Positions 9,418 through 18,363 of a stretch of DNA of 64,000 nt are shown piece after piece. The notes beneath the pieces were generated by a model. The model searched no databases and was not told the origin of the DNA. It was given only the letters and a program-made list of their open reading frames with translations. This DNA comes from a bacterium. Its GTDB lineage: Bacteria > Krumholzibacteriota > Krumholzibacteriia > G020349025. A program made the position numbers and the translations under genes. Each line of letters starts with the position of its first letter. Position 1 is the stretch's first letter. The DNA lies in contig JANLSU010000001.1 in the NCBI GenBank assembly GCA_031362565.1, positions 32,524 through 96,523 of the forward strand, written 5' to 3'.

Positions 9418-10827
9418 CTACGCCGCGCCGATCAACGTTCCAGTGGCGATGCTGCCCGCTTGATTCTCGCGCGCGACATGGGTTCCAACCCGCGTGGCAA
9501 TCTCCAGCAGTACCAAAAAAAGCCACAAATTGCGGTTGTCGATCACGTCGCCGCTCACCTGCACACTCATGAACCAGAACAGTACACACGCCACCAGTCC
9601 CGATGCATAAATGTGCTGGCGGCGGGGGAGCGGGATGCGAGTCAGTGAATAGGCCCGCCAAGCAAGCCACCCGAAATAGGCCGCCATCAGGAATGCCATC
9701 CCTAAACCGTACTCGCACACCACTTCGACAAAGATGTTGTGCGGGTAGATTCGTTCTTCGAAGAGTCGGCGTTGCACCCCCCAGCCGCCGGTGCCGACAC
9801 CGAGCAGCGGCGAATGCGCCACGAGACCGCTGGAGTACTGAAAGAAGTCGACGCGGGATCCATAGCTGCCCTTCGAGATGTTGGCACGCGGGTCCAGGAA
9901 GATCCGCGACGCGGTCACTAGAGTTGCCGCGTCCTGAAGGGTGCGGCTTCGCATCGTCGCACCCGCCAAGACGATCCCGATGACTCCGGCCCAAAGGAGT
10001 GTTCGCCGTAAGAAGCGGTTCAAGAGTGCAAACGTCAAGAAACTGACGAGCAGCGCAATGAGCGGCCCCTTCGAGCCGGCAAAGTACATGCTGACCAGAA
10101 ACCCGGGCGTGAAACAGAACACTCCCAAGCGTGCGAGCCGCCGGTGCCCGTCATGCCGCAGTACGGTCGCGAACGTGAGGAGCAGGAGTTCGCCCGTTCC
10201 CATGAGGCGCGCATACACGATCGAGCCGCCGCCGAACACCGCCAGACGGGCGCCGTCGTGGAGCTGGGTGATGCCGCGCAGGCCCATGACCATCATGATG
10301 ACAGTTGTTGCAAGCAACATCAGCATCACTTTTTGCAGACCCTCGAAGTTGCGCACGCGGATCCCTAGATAGAGGACGCCCGGCAAGACCAAGAGCAAGT
10401 ACCCGGTGACCTTCGTCGCGCCGTACTCGGGGTTGCCCGTGTAGAGCAGTCCGACGGTCATGATGATCGTGAAGGTGACGAGGAATGCGACTGTCGCCTT
10501 CGGAAAGGTCCTGGCGTCGGCCCGCGTGGCGATGGCAAGCGCCAGGCAGGGGATGCAGAGCAACTGCAAGATCTGGTTGCCGCTCACGCCCCAGCCGAGA
10601 GCCAGGCGCTCCTCGAAGCCGACCTTGCCGGTGATGTAGTAAAGAATGAGATTGAGTTCCGGGTAGCGCACCATCGCCAAGAGGTACGCCACACCAAGCA
10701 GCACGCACGCGGGCCACATCGGCGACACGCAGGCGAGGGCCGCCACCGCAACGACCGAAGCGCCGGCAAGAAGCCACAGCGACGCTTGCCGTGGATCGCG
10801 CAGCATCACCCGCACGGCAGTACTCAC
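9418..10827 (-). CDS. O-antigen ligase/Wzy polymerase family membrane protein
   Basis: Many TM helices; GSKGPL, PLLGVGTGG, YPHNIFVE motifs; GTG start overlaps the flippase stop. Confidence 0.82.
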   Translation of the reverse strand: MSTAVRVMLRDPRQASLWLLAGASVVAVAALACVSPMWPACVLLGVAYLLAMVRYPELNLILYYITGKVGFEERLALGWGVSGNQILQLLCIPCLALAIATRADARTFPKATVAFLVTFTIIMTVGLLYTGNPEYGATKVTGYLLLVLPGVLYLGIRVRNFEGLQKVMLMLLATTVIMMVMGLRGITQLHDGARLAVFGGGSIVYARLMGTGELLLLTFATVLRHDGHRRLARLGVFCFTPGFLVSMYFAGSKGPLIALLVSFLTFALLNRFLRRTLLWAGVIGIVLAGATMRSRTLQDAATLVTASRIFLDPRANISKGSYGSRVDFFQYSSGLVAHSPLLGVGTGGWGVQRRLFEERIYPHNIFVEVVCEYGLGMAFLMAAYFGWLAWRAYSLTRIPLPRRQHIYASGLVACVLFWFMSVQVSGDVIDNRNLWLFLVLLEIATRVGTHVARENQAGSIATGTLIGAA

Positions 10828-12140
10828 GGTCCCACTCCTTGCCGTGCGAGCCGCAGGCGGCCCGTAATCATCTCCCAATCGGCGCGATGCACGAGTAGGT
10901 AGCGGGACAGTTGCTGCCCATGCGCACGAGCATGCCGCACCAGGAGAAAGATCGCCTGGCTCGCGTAGGCCAGCGTCGAGATTGCCGCGGCTCCGAGCAC
11001 ACCCCAGCTGGGGATCGCCACCAGGTCGAGCCCGACCATGATCACGAAGCACAGGATGGCGGACCGCAGGACGTCGCCAAGCTGCTGTTTGCCGAGCATG
11101 TCGCCGACGAGAATCAGTGTCAGGCTCTGGGCCATGATGCCTGGGAGAAGCAGCGTGACGACGTTGGAGCACGTCGCGTAGTTCTCGCCGAAGATGCGCA
11201 AGATCGCTGGGTCCTTGACCAGCAGGATGCAGAATGAGGCGAATGTGATCGCCGCGAGCAGAGCCCGTGATGCCGCAGGCGTCAGACTGATCGAGCGGCG
11301 AACATCGGCCGAGATGCGCGAAAACAGCACCAAGTTGACGCTACGGGCGGAGTACAGGAGCACTTCAGCCAGGTTCATGCCGAGCGAGTACATCCCGACA
11401 TCAGCCGGACTCCGGAAATACTTCACCATATAAAGGTCGAACCGGAAATTCAGTAAATTGACGATGCCGACGCCGAACACCTTGCCGCCGTATGCCAAAA
11501 CCTGGCGCGCTAGGCCGTGGTCGAACCGCCAGCTGGCGTTTGGGGCGCGGCCGAAACGGCGCCACAACACGAAACAGTGAAATCCGGCCGTGCAGATGGT
11601 CGCGACGTAGAACGCCAACAAACCGGTGCGGGCCGTCATCATGTGCGTCACCACGAGTCCGACAGACAGCCCAAGGTAGACCGTCCACTTGAGCGTCTCG
11701 CTCTTGGCGTAGTAACGAAACCACCCGCAGCCCGCCACGAGCCCGGCAAGCTGATTGTTGAGGATCGCAAACGGTACGAAGAGCAGCGACTCGAAGATGA
11801 GCCGGGTCGATGCCGGGTCGAAGAGCCATCCACGACAGAGCGACACGGCGCCGAGGAACAAGAGAATGGCCACGATCCCGAGCCCGCCGCTGAGCCAAAA
11901 AGCGTTGCGTAGCAACTGCGGAATACGCGCCGGGTCTTGGCCCGAGGACCAGGTCGACGCCTGCTCGAGGCCGACGGTGCCGACCAACACTGCAATGACG
12001 TAGGTGTTCAGAACCAGGGCGTAGACACCGTAATGTTCCGGGCCCAAAGCTCGCGATAACGCCACGACGCAAGCTCCGCGTGCCAGTGCCATCCACACGC
12101 GCGCAGCGAATGAATAGGCAGCGTCGCGAATGAAGCTCAC
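10824..12140 (-). CDS. Wzx-type polysaccharide flippase
   Basis: SRALGPEHYGVY, RFDLYMV, VGMYS, IPSWGVLGAA; about 12 TM helices. Confidence 0.85.
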   Translation of the reverse strand: MSFIRDAAYSFAARVWMALARGACVVALSRALGPEHYGVYALVLNTYVIAVLVGTVGLEQASTWSSGQDPARIPQLLRNAFWLSGGLGIVAILLFLGAVSLCRGWLFDPASTRLIFESLLFVPFAILNNQLAGLVAGCGWFRYYAKSETLKWTVYLGLSVGLVVTHMMTARTGLLAFYVATICTAGFHCFVLWRRFGRAPNASWRFDHGLARQVLAYGGKVFGVGIVNLLNFRFDLYMVKYFRSPADVGMYSLGMNLAEVLLYSARSVNLVLFSRISADVRRSISLTPAASRALLAAITFASFCILLVKDPAILRIFGENYATCSNVVTLLLPGIMAQSLTLILVGDMLGKQQLGDVLRSAILCFVIMVGLDLVAIPSWGVLGAAAISTLAYASQAIFLLVRHARAHGQQLSRYLLVHRADWEMITGRLRLARQGVGP

Positions 12141-13318
12141 GAGTGCACCTGTGCGTCCCAAGCCGGACGGGTGCGGTCTTGGGTCTTCGTCCGTCCGACC
12201 TGCCGGCGCGTCGCCGACCACCAATCGAGGCCCACCATCAGCAGCGATGCCGCAATGAAGCCGAGAAAGGCGCTCAGAGCGACGTTCTTCAGGAGGATTG
12301 GGCTGCTGGGAGTCAACGGCCTGTCCGCCGGATCAATCACCTGAATACCTGACGTTTGGCGATTCTCCTCGATCTTCGCCAGCTCGTACTGGCGGACGAG
12401 TGTCAGGTAGATCTCTTCCTGTACGCGTACATCGCGTTCCAAACGCAATGACTGTAGCTGCAGGTCCGGGTCGGTGCCCATGTGGGGGTTGTCCGCTTGG
12501 AAATTCTTGAATGCGTCTTCGGTGACCCGCAGCGTTGCTTCTGTCTGGGCCAGCCTTTTTTCGATGAAGTCCTTGTTGCCACGCGCTGTCGCTGCTTGGA
12601 GTTCGTCTTCGATGCGAACCATCTCTTCGACGTAGGCGGTGGCCATCTGCTGGGCAAGCGCAGGGTCGTGGGCGCTCACGACGAGTTCCAGGATGCCGGT
12701 TTCCTTGTTGGAGCCGACGCGTACCTTGCGATCGAGACGGGCGAGGGCCTTGGCGCGACGGGCATCGGAATTGGAACCGGACAGGTGCATGAGCTCCTGT
12801 AGCGTCGCTTGCTGGCCGGAGGACGACTTGAACGTACGGTCCAAGATGCGCTCACGGATCTGCCGGCTCTTGAGCATGTCCGGGTACGCCATCGCAACGC
12901 TGGGGGCACCGAGGTTGATCCCGAAGCTGGAAGCCAGCCCCGCCGCTTGCCCCAATCCCATCGACCCCAGTTCGCTGTCGCCGCCCGAAGGCAGCAACAG
13001 GACTCTCGAATCGTAGACCTCTGGCAGCATGAACGTGAGAGCCACTCCCGCGACCACCGCGACGAGTGTAAGGAGTCCGATCGCGCGCCGACGCCGCAGC
13101 AAGAGGCGTAGCGTCACTTTGGCTTCCAATCCGAGGTTGAAATCCCCGGTCTCGAGCGCCGGTGGCGCCGTGGGGGCGATCACCGCGCCGCGCGGCGTGG
13201 AGTAGTCGGGCGCCGCTGCGCTCTTGGTGGGCGCTGTCGCCGCCGTATTGTCCGCGGCCGGTTCGAAGTCACCGGCGCGTGTCCTCGCGGGCGCGGGCGT
13301 GATTTCTTGGGTCGGCAT
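12137..13318 (-). CDS. Wzz/GumC-like polysaccharide chain-length determinant (no kinase domain)
   Basis: N- and C-terminal TMs around a coiled coil; YLTLVRQYELAKIEE...IQVIDPA.P..PSSP. Confidence 0.85.
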   Translation of the reverse strand: MPTQEITPAPARTRAGDFEPAADNTAATAPTKSAAAPDYSTPRGAVIAPTAPPALETGDFNLGLEAKVTLRLLLRRRRAIGLLTLVAVVAGVALTFMLPEVYDSRVLLLPSGGDSELGSMGLGQAAGLASSFGINLGAPSVAMAYPDMLKSRQIRERILDRTFKSSSGQQATLQELMHLSGSNSDARRAKALARLDRKVRVGSNKETGILELVVSAHDPALAQQMATAYVEEMVRIEDELQAATARGNKDFIEKRLAQTEATLRVTEDAFKNFQADNPHMGTDPDLQLQSLRLERDVRVQEEIYLTLVRQYELAKIEENRQTSGIQVIDPADRPLTPSSPILLKNVALSAFLGFIAASLLMVGLDWWSATRRQVGRTKTQDRTRPAWDAQVHS

Positions 13319-13319
13319 G

Positions 13320-15728
13320 TTACCTCGATGATTGGCCGATGAGGTACACCGTTGTCGCGGCACCCGACAGAATCGAGATGATCTCCGCGAAGGTCTTCAG
13401 AGACTGTTTGTCCTTTTCCTCGGGTTTACGCGGCACTCGAATCGTCGCACCCGCATCCGGGTTCGGCTTGTGCAGGAAACTCGACCTCTCGACGCGGCCG
13501 TTCGCCATTACTACTGTGATCTTGTCCTTGTCGGCCGTCGACAGCGCTCCACCAGCCTGTTCGATGTAGTAGTTCATGTCGCGGCCCTCTTCCCAGAGCA
13601 CGCTCGATGCAAACCCAACTTCGCCGACGACCTTCACCGCGCGCGGTTCGCGGGGGATGTTGATGCTGTCACCCGCGGCCATGGCCAGGTCGTATTTGTT
13701 CGACTTCCGGCCTTTTTCTCGCAGCGCCTTCTCGAAGTCGATCGCCATGCGCCCCGTGCCATCCTTCTTGCGATAGAACGACGAGGCCTGCAGATACGCG
13801 GTCGGCTCCAAGCCGCCGGCGCGCTCGATGAGAGTCGAGAGGCGCTCGGTCTTGCTCGTGAGCGAGTAAATCCCCGGGAACCGAACCTCGCCGGTGACCC
13901 AGATGGTCTCTTGTAAACCCCAGTTCGGGATTTCGCGGATGAACACGATGTCGTTCTTGCGCAACACGAACCTTGACGCGTCGCTCTCCATGCTGAGGGT
14001 ATCGCCGAGCGTCACGTAGAGCACGTCCGCCGTCCTACCGTCGGAGGCTGCTCCCGGGTCGATGCGCGAAACCTCGGCCCGCACGCGGTATGCGGACTCA
14101 CGGAGTCCACCGGCCTTGACGATGAGGTCGGTGACGGTCATCCCGTCGAGCATGTCGTAGGAACCGGGGTGGCGCACCAAGCCCTGGATGGCGACATGTT
14201 CGGGGTCGCGCACATCCCAGATCGAAAACACCTGTACCTCGTCGAGCGGCGCCAATTCGAGGTTCGACTCCGGAGAGCGCTTCAGCGCGGCGGCCAGGTT
14301 GAAGGAGCGCAGTTCGCGGGTCTTGTTGTCGCGCGTTCGGACCAAGTGTGCCCAGCGCGTGTAGGCGTCGCCCAGCACTCCGCCCGCCTGGTCGATGAGG
14401 TCGGCCACTGTCATGCCACTCCGCAGCTCGTAGGTCCCGGGCTTGTAAACGGCGGTTCCGCTGAGCCGCACCGTATTCTTGAGAATATCGCGGTTGCGGA
14501 ACACCCGGACGATGTCACCGTCCGCCAGTTCCATTGTCGCGCCGACGTCCGCGGGGTCGACGTCGAGGATCTTGCGGTCTTCAGTCGTACCCAGCTTGCG
14601 CTCGGAGAACGGAATGACCCGCTCGATCTGGACCCGGGATCGCAGTGCGACGGACGTGAGGCCACCGGCAATTTCCAGTAGATCGCTCAGCTTGTCGCCT
14701 TCGCGCACCTCGTAGATCGCAGGATGACGAACCTCACCCTCGAGGGTGACCTGGCGCGACAACGGCGGCACGAAGAGCACATCGCCGTTCTCCAGCTTAA
14801 AGTCTTCCGCGCCGTTGCCACGCGCCAAGTAGTCGTAGAGGTCGGCGCGATGCGCCACCTTGTTGTTGCGCGTGATGCGAATGTTGCGGAGCGAACCGCG
14901 CAGCGTCGGTCCGCCAGCATAGTAGAGGGCGTTCATGATCGTCGACGTGGCGGTCAGCGTATAGCCGCCAGGCTGCACGACATCGCCAAGCACGAAGACT
15001 TGAATCGAACGCAACTTGCCCAGCGAGACGTCGACCCAGGTACGCGAACGGCCTTCACGTGAGATTCCCGAGTAGCTGCGCGCCAATCGCGTCTCGAGCT
15101 GATGCCGGAAGCTTTCCAGGGTCTGCCCGTTGGCCATCACCGGGCCTACATCGGGCAGGACCACGTACCCCTCGCGGTTGATCGTCTGGCGGGCGCTCAG
15201 ATCCTGCGCGCCCCAGACGCTGATCAGGATTTCGTCACCCGGCCCCAAAAGATAGTTTGCCGGCACCGGACCAAAGGCAAGCGGCTCGAAGGTCGTCGGT
15301 TTGAGCGTAAAGATGTCGTACCCGAAGTTCTTGGTCTGAACCTTCGTACTGTCGGTGAGCGCCGCCTGGGGCGCAATCGAGTCGGTCTTCACGGGCCGTG
15401 CGCTCGGGGGCTGGGTGACCGGAGGAAAAGCCGACGCGCCTGTGGGCGCGAGCGGCCCGGCACCATTGGTTTCCACGCCTGGCGCCGAGGGGTTCGCACC
15501 GAGCATTCGCTGCAACTCGTCCGGGTCCACACCGGCGGCGCGCAAGCGGTCTCGGACCTTCGGGTCGTTCAGATTAAGCATGGCGTCGGCAGTCGGTTGC
15601 TGCGCCACGGTCGACGCGCTGTTGGTGGTGGCGGGCGTTGTCTCTGCCGCGGCCGAACCTGCGACAACCATGAACCACAGTGCGGCGCTGAGTGTTCTCA
15701 TTCCGCACAGGCTGCGAACCTTCATCAT
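13320..15728 (-). CDS. SLBB-repeat polysaccharide export protein (KpsD/Wza-like)
   Basis: FGYDIF...YLLGPGDEILISVWG poly_export domain plus repeated V.GEV..PG.Y / LI..AGGL SLBB repeats; signal peptide; start may be 15701. Confidence 0.88.
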   Translation of the reverse strand: MMKVRSLCGMRTLSAALWFMVVAGSAAAETTPATTNSASTVAQQPTADAMLNLNDPKVRDRLRAAGVDPDELQRMLGANPSAPGVETNGAGPLAPTGASAFPPVTQPPSARPVKTDSIAPQAALTDSTKVQTKNFGYDIFTLKPTTFEPLAFGPVPANYLLGPGDEILISVWGAQDLSARQTINREGYVVLPDVGPVMANGQTLESFRHQLETRLARSYSGISREGRSRTWVDVSLGKLRSIQVFVLGDVVQPGGYTLTATSTIMNALYYAGGPTLRGSLRNIRITRNNKVAHRADLYDYLARGNGAEDFKLENGDVLFVPPLSRQVTLEGEVRHPAIYEVREGDKLSDLLEIAGGLTSVALRSRVQIERVIPFSERKLGTTEDRKILDVDPADVGATMELADGDIVRVFRNRDILKNTVRLSGTAVYKPGTYELRSGMTVADLIDQAGGVLGDAYTRWAHLVRTRDNKTRELRSFNLAAALKRSPESNLELAPLDEVQVFSIWDVRDPEHVAIQGLVRHPGSYDMLDGMTVTDLIVKAGGLRESAYRVRAEVSRIDPGAASDGRTADVLYVTLGDTLSMESDASRFVLRKNDIVFIREIPNWGLQETIWVTGEVRFPGIYSLTSKTERLSTLIERAGGLEPTAYLQASSFYRKKDGTGRMAIDFEKALREKGRKSNKYDLAMAAGDSINIPREPRAVKVVGEVGFASSVLWEEGRDMNYYIEQAGGALSTADKDKITVVMANGRVERSSFLHKPNPDAGATIRVPRKPEEKDKQSLKTFAEIISILSGAATTVYLIGQSSR

Positions 15729-16048
15729 CGCCTCCGCTCACGAGCGCGTTTGAACGCCGTCTCCCGACGCATCCGACTGGATGCCCAGAACCGATCCAAG
15801 CGATCGGTAAACCGGCCGCATGTGGGTGGACCGAGACCGACCAGCGGCCCTCTCCTTCGTATGCCCCGCGCGGCGCTGCTCTCGGACGGCAAGCCAGACC
15901 GACGGCAGCTCACGAGAGAGCAAGACTCGAACCGGGGCAAAACCCACAACGGGCGAGCACCGCGTACTTGGTGCCGGCTCCGGGGTCGCAAAGCTGGCGC
16001 CAACGCGTGCACGCCATCTCTTCATCCGGCGGGCCGGAATCGCGGCTC

Positions 16049-16063
16049 TGGCATACGAAGTGC
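16049..16063 (+). promoter_or_regulatory. Possible sigma-54 -24/-12 promoter for the GT4 gene
   Basis: TGGCATACGAAGTGC (GG-N10-GC), about 100 nt upstream of the ATG. Confidence 0.45.
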
Positions 16064-16160
16064 TCGTTCGGCTTTTCTCGGCCCGTACCGTGACGGGCGA
16101 CCGGCGCAGTGGGCAGCGCAGCGCTGCGCTGTGTTCGTGATGTCGGAAGGAGTGGGTTCC

Positions 16161-17474
16161 ATGCACATTCTCTACATCCATCAATATTTCTGCACCCGCA
16201 ACGGGAAGTCCGGCACGCGTTCATATGAATTCGCGAGCCGGTGGGTCCGTGCCGGGCATCAAGTGACGATGGTGACCAGCGCGCATGCGTACTCCGACCT
16301 CGACACCTCCGGCGTGGGTTTGTACCAGCACCAGCACATCGATGGAATCGATGTGGTCGTCGTCGGTGGCAACTACTCGCAACGGATGAACAAAATGCAG
16401 CGCATCGCGACGTTTTTTCGCTTCATGGTGCTCGCATCGAGGTACGTCCTGCGGCGCGCCAACTATGATGTCGTATTCGCGACCTCGACACCGCTTACCG
16501 TGGGTGTTCCCGGCGTGCTCGCAAAATGGCGACACCGAATTCCATTGGTGTTCGAGGTTCGGGATCTCTGGCCCGAGGCGCCCATTCAGATGGGAGCCGT
16601 TCGCAACCGGGTGTTCGTCGCAGCGCTGCGCGGGCTCGAACGTTGGATCTACAAGCACTCGACGCACGTCGTGGCACTGTCGCCCGGGATGCGCGACGGC
16701 GTGGTGCGCGCGGGCAAGGCGGCACGCGACGTCTCTGTGGTGCCGAACTGCGCTGATCTAGATCTCTTCCGGCCGGACGCCGGCGACCCAGAGTTCCGTC
16801 GCCGCCACGGTATCGACGGCCGCTTCGTGGTGATCCACGCTGGAGCCATGGGTCTGGTCAACAATCTCAACTACGTCCTGGACGCCGCGGCCATCGCCAA
16901 GCAGCGCGGCTCCGATGACATCGTGTTCGTTCTGCTTGGGGACGGCAGCCAGCGAATCGAGTTACAGGATCGCGTCCGCAACGACAATCTCGACAACGTC
17001 GTGTTCGTCCCGCCGGTGCGCCGCGCGGAGGTACCAGGGGCCGTGGCATCCTCGGACGTGTGTCTCATGATGGTCGCACCGATCCCGGTCTTCGCGACGG
17101 CATCCCCGAACAAGCTCTTCGACGCGCTCGCCTCCGGCACGCCAACGGTGATCAACTGTCCGGGTTGGATGGCTGAGATGCTGCAGGCGCACGATGCGGG
17201 GTCTTCAGTCGATGGCACGGTTCCCGCGCAGCTCGTGGATGCCCTCGAGAACTTGCGTGACGATGCGGCACTGCGCGAGCGCCAAGGGCGCAACGCTCGT
17301 GCACTCGCAGCTCGCCTCTTCGATCGTGAAGAATTGGCCCGCGACGTCCTGGACGTCCTTGCGCAAGCCGCCGCGCGCCGTCCCATCACGCCGGTCGTTC
17401 TGGATCTCGTACCGCGCGTCACGCCGCGTGAATCGACACCGGCGCGCCAAGCAGAACCTGTCGTGAGCGCCTGA
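16161..17474 (+). CDS. Glycosyltransferase family 4 (WbuB-like)
   Basis: MHILYIHQYF, FATSTPL, VFEVRDLWPE, SPNKLFDALASG; GAAGGAG RBS. Confidence 0.9.
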   Translation: MHILYIHQYFCTRNGKSGTRSYEFASRWVRAGHQVTMVTSAHAYSDLDTSGVGLYQHQHIDGIDVVVVGGNYSQRMNKMQRIATFFRFMVLASRYVLRRANYDVVFATSTPLTVGVPGVLAKWRHRIPLVFEVRDLWPEAPIQMGAVRNRVFVAALRGLERWIYKHSTHVVALSPGMRDGVVRAGKAARDVSVVPNCADLDLFRPDAGDPEFRRRHGIDGRFVVIHAGAMGLVNNLNYVLDAAAIAKQRGSDDIVFVLLGDGSQRIELQDRVRNDNLDNVVFVPPVRRAEVPGAVASSDVCLMMVAPIPVFATASPNKLFDALASGTPTVINCPGWMAEMLQAHDAGSSVDGTVPAQLVDALENLRDDAALRERQGRNARALAARLFDREELARDVLDVLAQAAARRPITPVVLDLVPRVTPRESTPARQAEPVVSA

Positions 17475-17568
17475 CCCTGCTGTTCCTGTCTGCGGATTGT
17501 GTTAAGGTCTGCCATCGCCGTCGGCTTCGAAAGCGTGCCGAGATTGTCCCCGGAGCCCGGACCCGCGC

Positions 17569-18363
17569 ATGGCAGCCACACAGTCCGTACGCATCGGCAC
17601 TTCGGGCTACAGTTTCAAGGACTGGGTCGGGCCGTTCTATCCGGCGGGTACGAGGCCGGCGGCGCAGCTCGAGTACTATACGCGTCACTTCGATTGCCTC
17701 GAGCTCAACGTCACGTACTACCGGATTCCCGACGCCAAGCTCATCGCCGGTATCGAACAGCGGACCCCGGCGGGCTTCGCTTTCGTCGTCAAGCTGCACA
17801 GCGACATCACTCACAAACTGAGCCGTGACGCGGCGCTGGATGCGGCCTTTCACGCCGCCGTCCAGCCGCTCCGCGACGCGGGAAAGATGCACGGACTCTT
17901 GGCGCAGTTTCCGTACGGCTTCCGCAACACCCAAGAAAACCGCGCCTTCGTCGCCGAACTGCGCGAACGGTTCGCGGCCGATGCGCTGTTCGTCGAATTC
18001 CGGCGCGACGAATGGGCGGCGCCGCCGGTGTTCACGTTTCTGCGCAGGTTGCGCCTCGGCTGGGTCTGTGTCGACGAACCGGCGTTGCCCGGTCTCGTGC
18101 CGCCGGTCGCGTTGGCGACGACGGACGTCGCGTACGTGCGTTTGCACGGACGCAACAAAGCGACGTGGTATTCCGGCGGCCAGGCCGGGGCCGATCGTTA
18201 CGACTATTCGTATACCGAACCCGAATTGCGCCAGTGGGCCGAGAAGACGCGCCAACTCGCCGGCGAAGCGCGCCAAACGTTCGTCTTCTTCAACAACTGC
18301 CACGGCGGCCAAGCGCCCGCCAATGCCGAAACGTTCCAGGCCCTCCTCGCAACCGATTGGTGA
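17569..18363 (+). CDS. DUF72 (YecE-like) protein
   Basis: IGTSGYSFKDWVGPFYP, ELNVTYY, YVRLHGRN, RYDYSY, FFNNC. Confidence 0.92.
   Translation: MAATQSVRIGTSGYSFKDWVGPFYPAGTRPAAQLEYYTRHFDCLELNVTYYRIPDAKLIAGIEQRTPAGFAFVVKLHSDITHKLSRDAALDAAFHAAVQPLRDAGKMHGLLAQFPYGFRNTQENRAFVAELRERFAADALFVEFRRDEWAAPPVFTFLRRLRLGWVCVDEPALPGLVPPVALATTDVAYVRLHGRNKATWYSGGQAGADRYDYSYTEPELRQWAEKTRQLAGEARQTFVFFNNCHGGQAPANAETFQALLATDW

Noticed and set aside
15935..15995. c-di-GMP-I (GEMM) riboswitch-like words GGCAAAACCC...GGGGTCGCAAAGC upstream of the GT4 gene
   Set aside because: No GNRA tetraloop or receptor stem is recognisable, and it lies upstream of the candidate sigma-54 promoter; an Infernal scan would be needed to revive it
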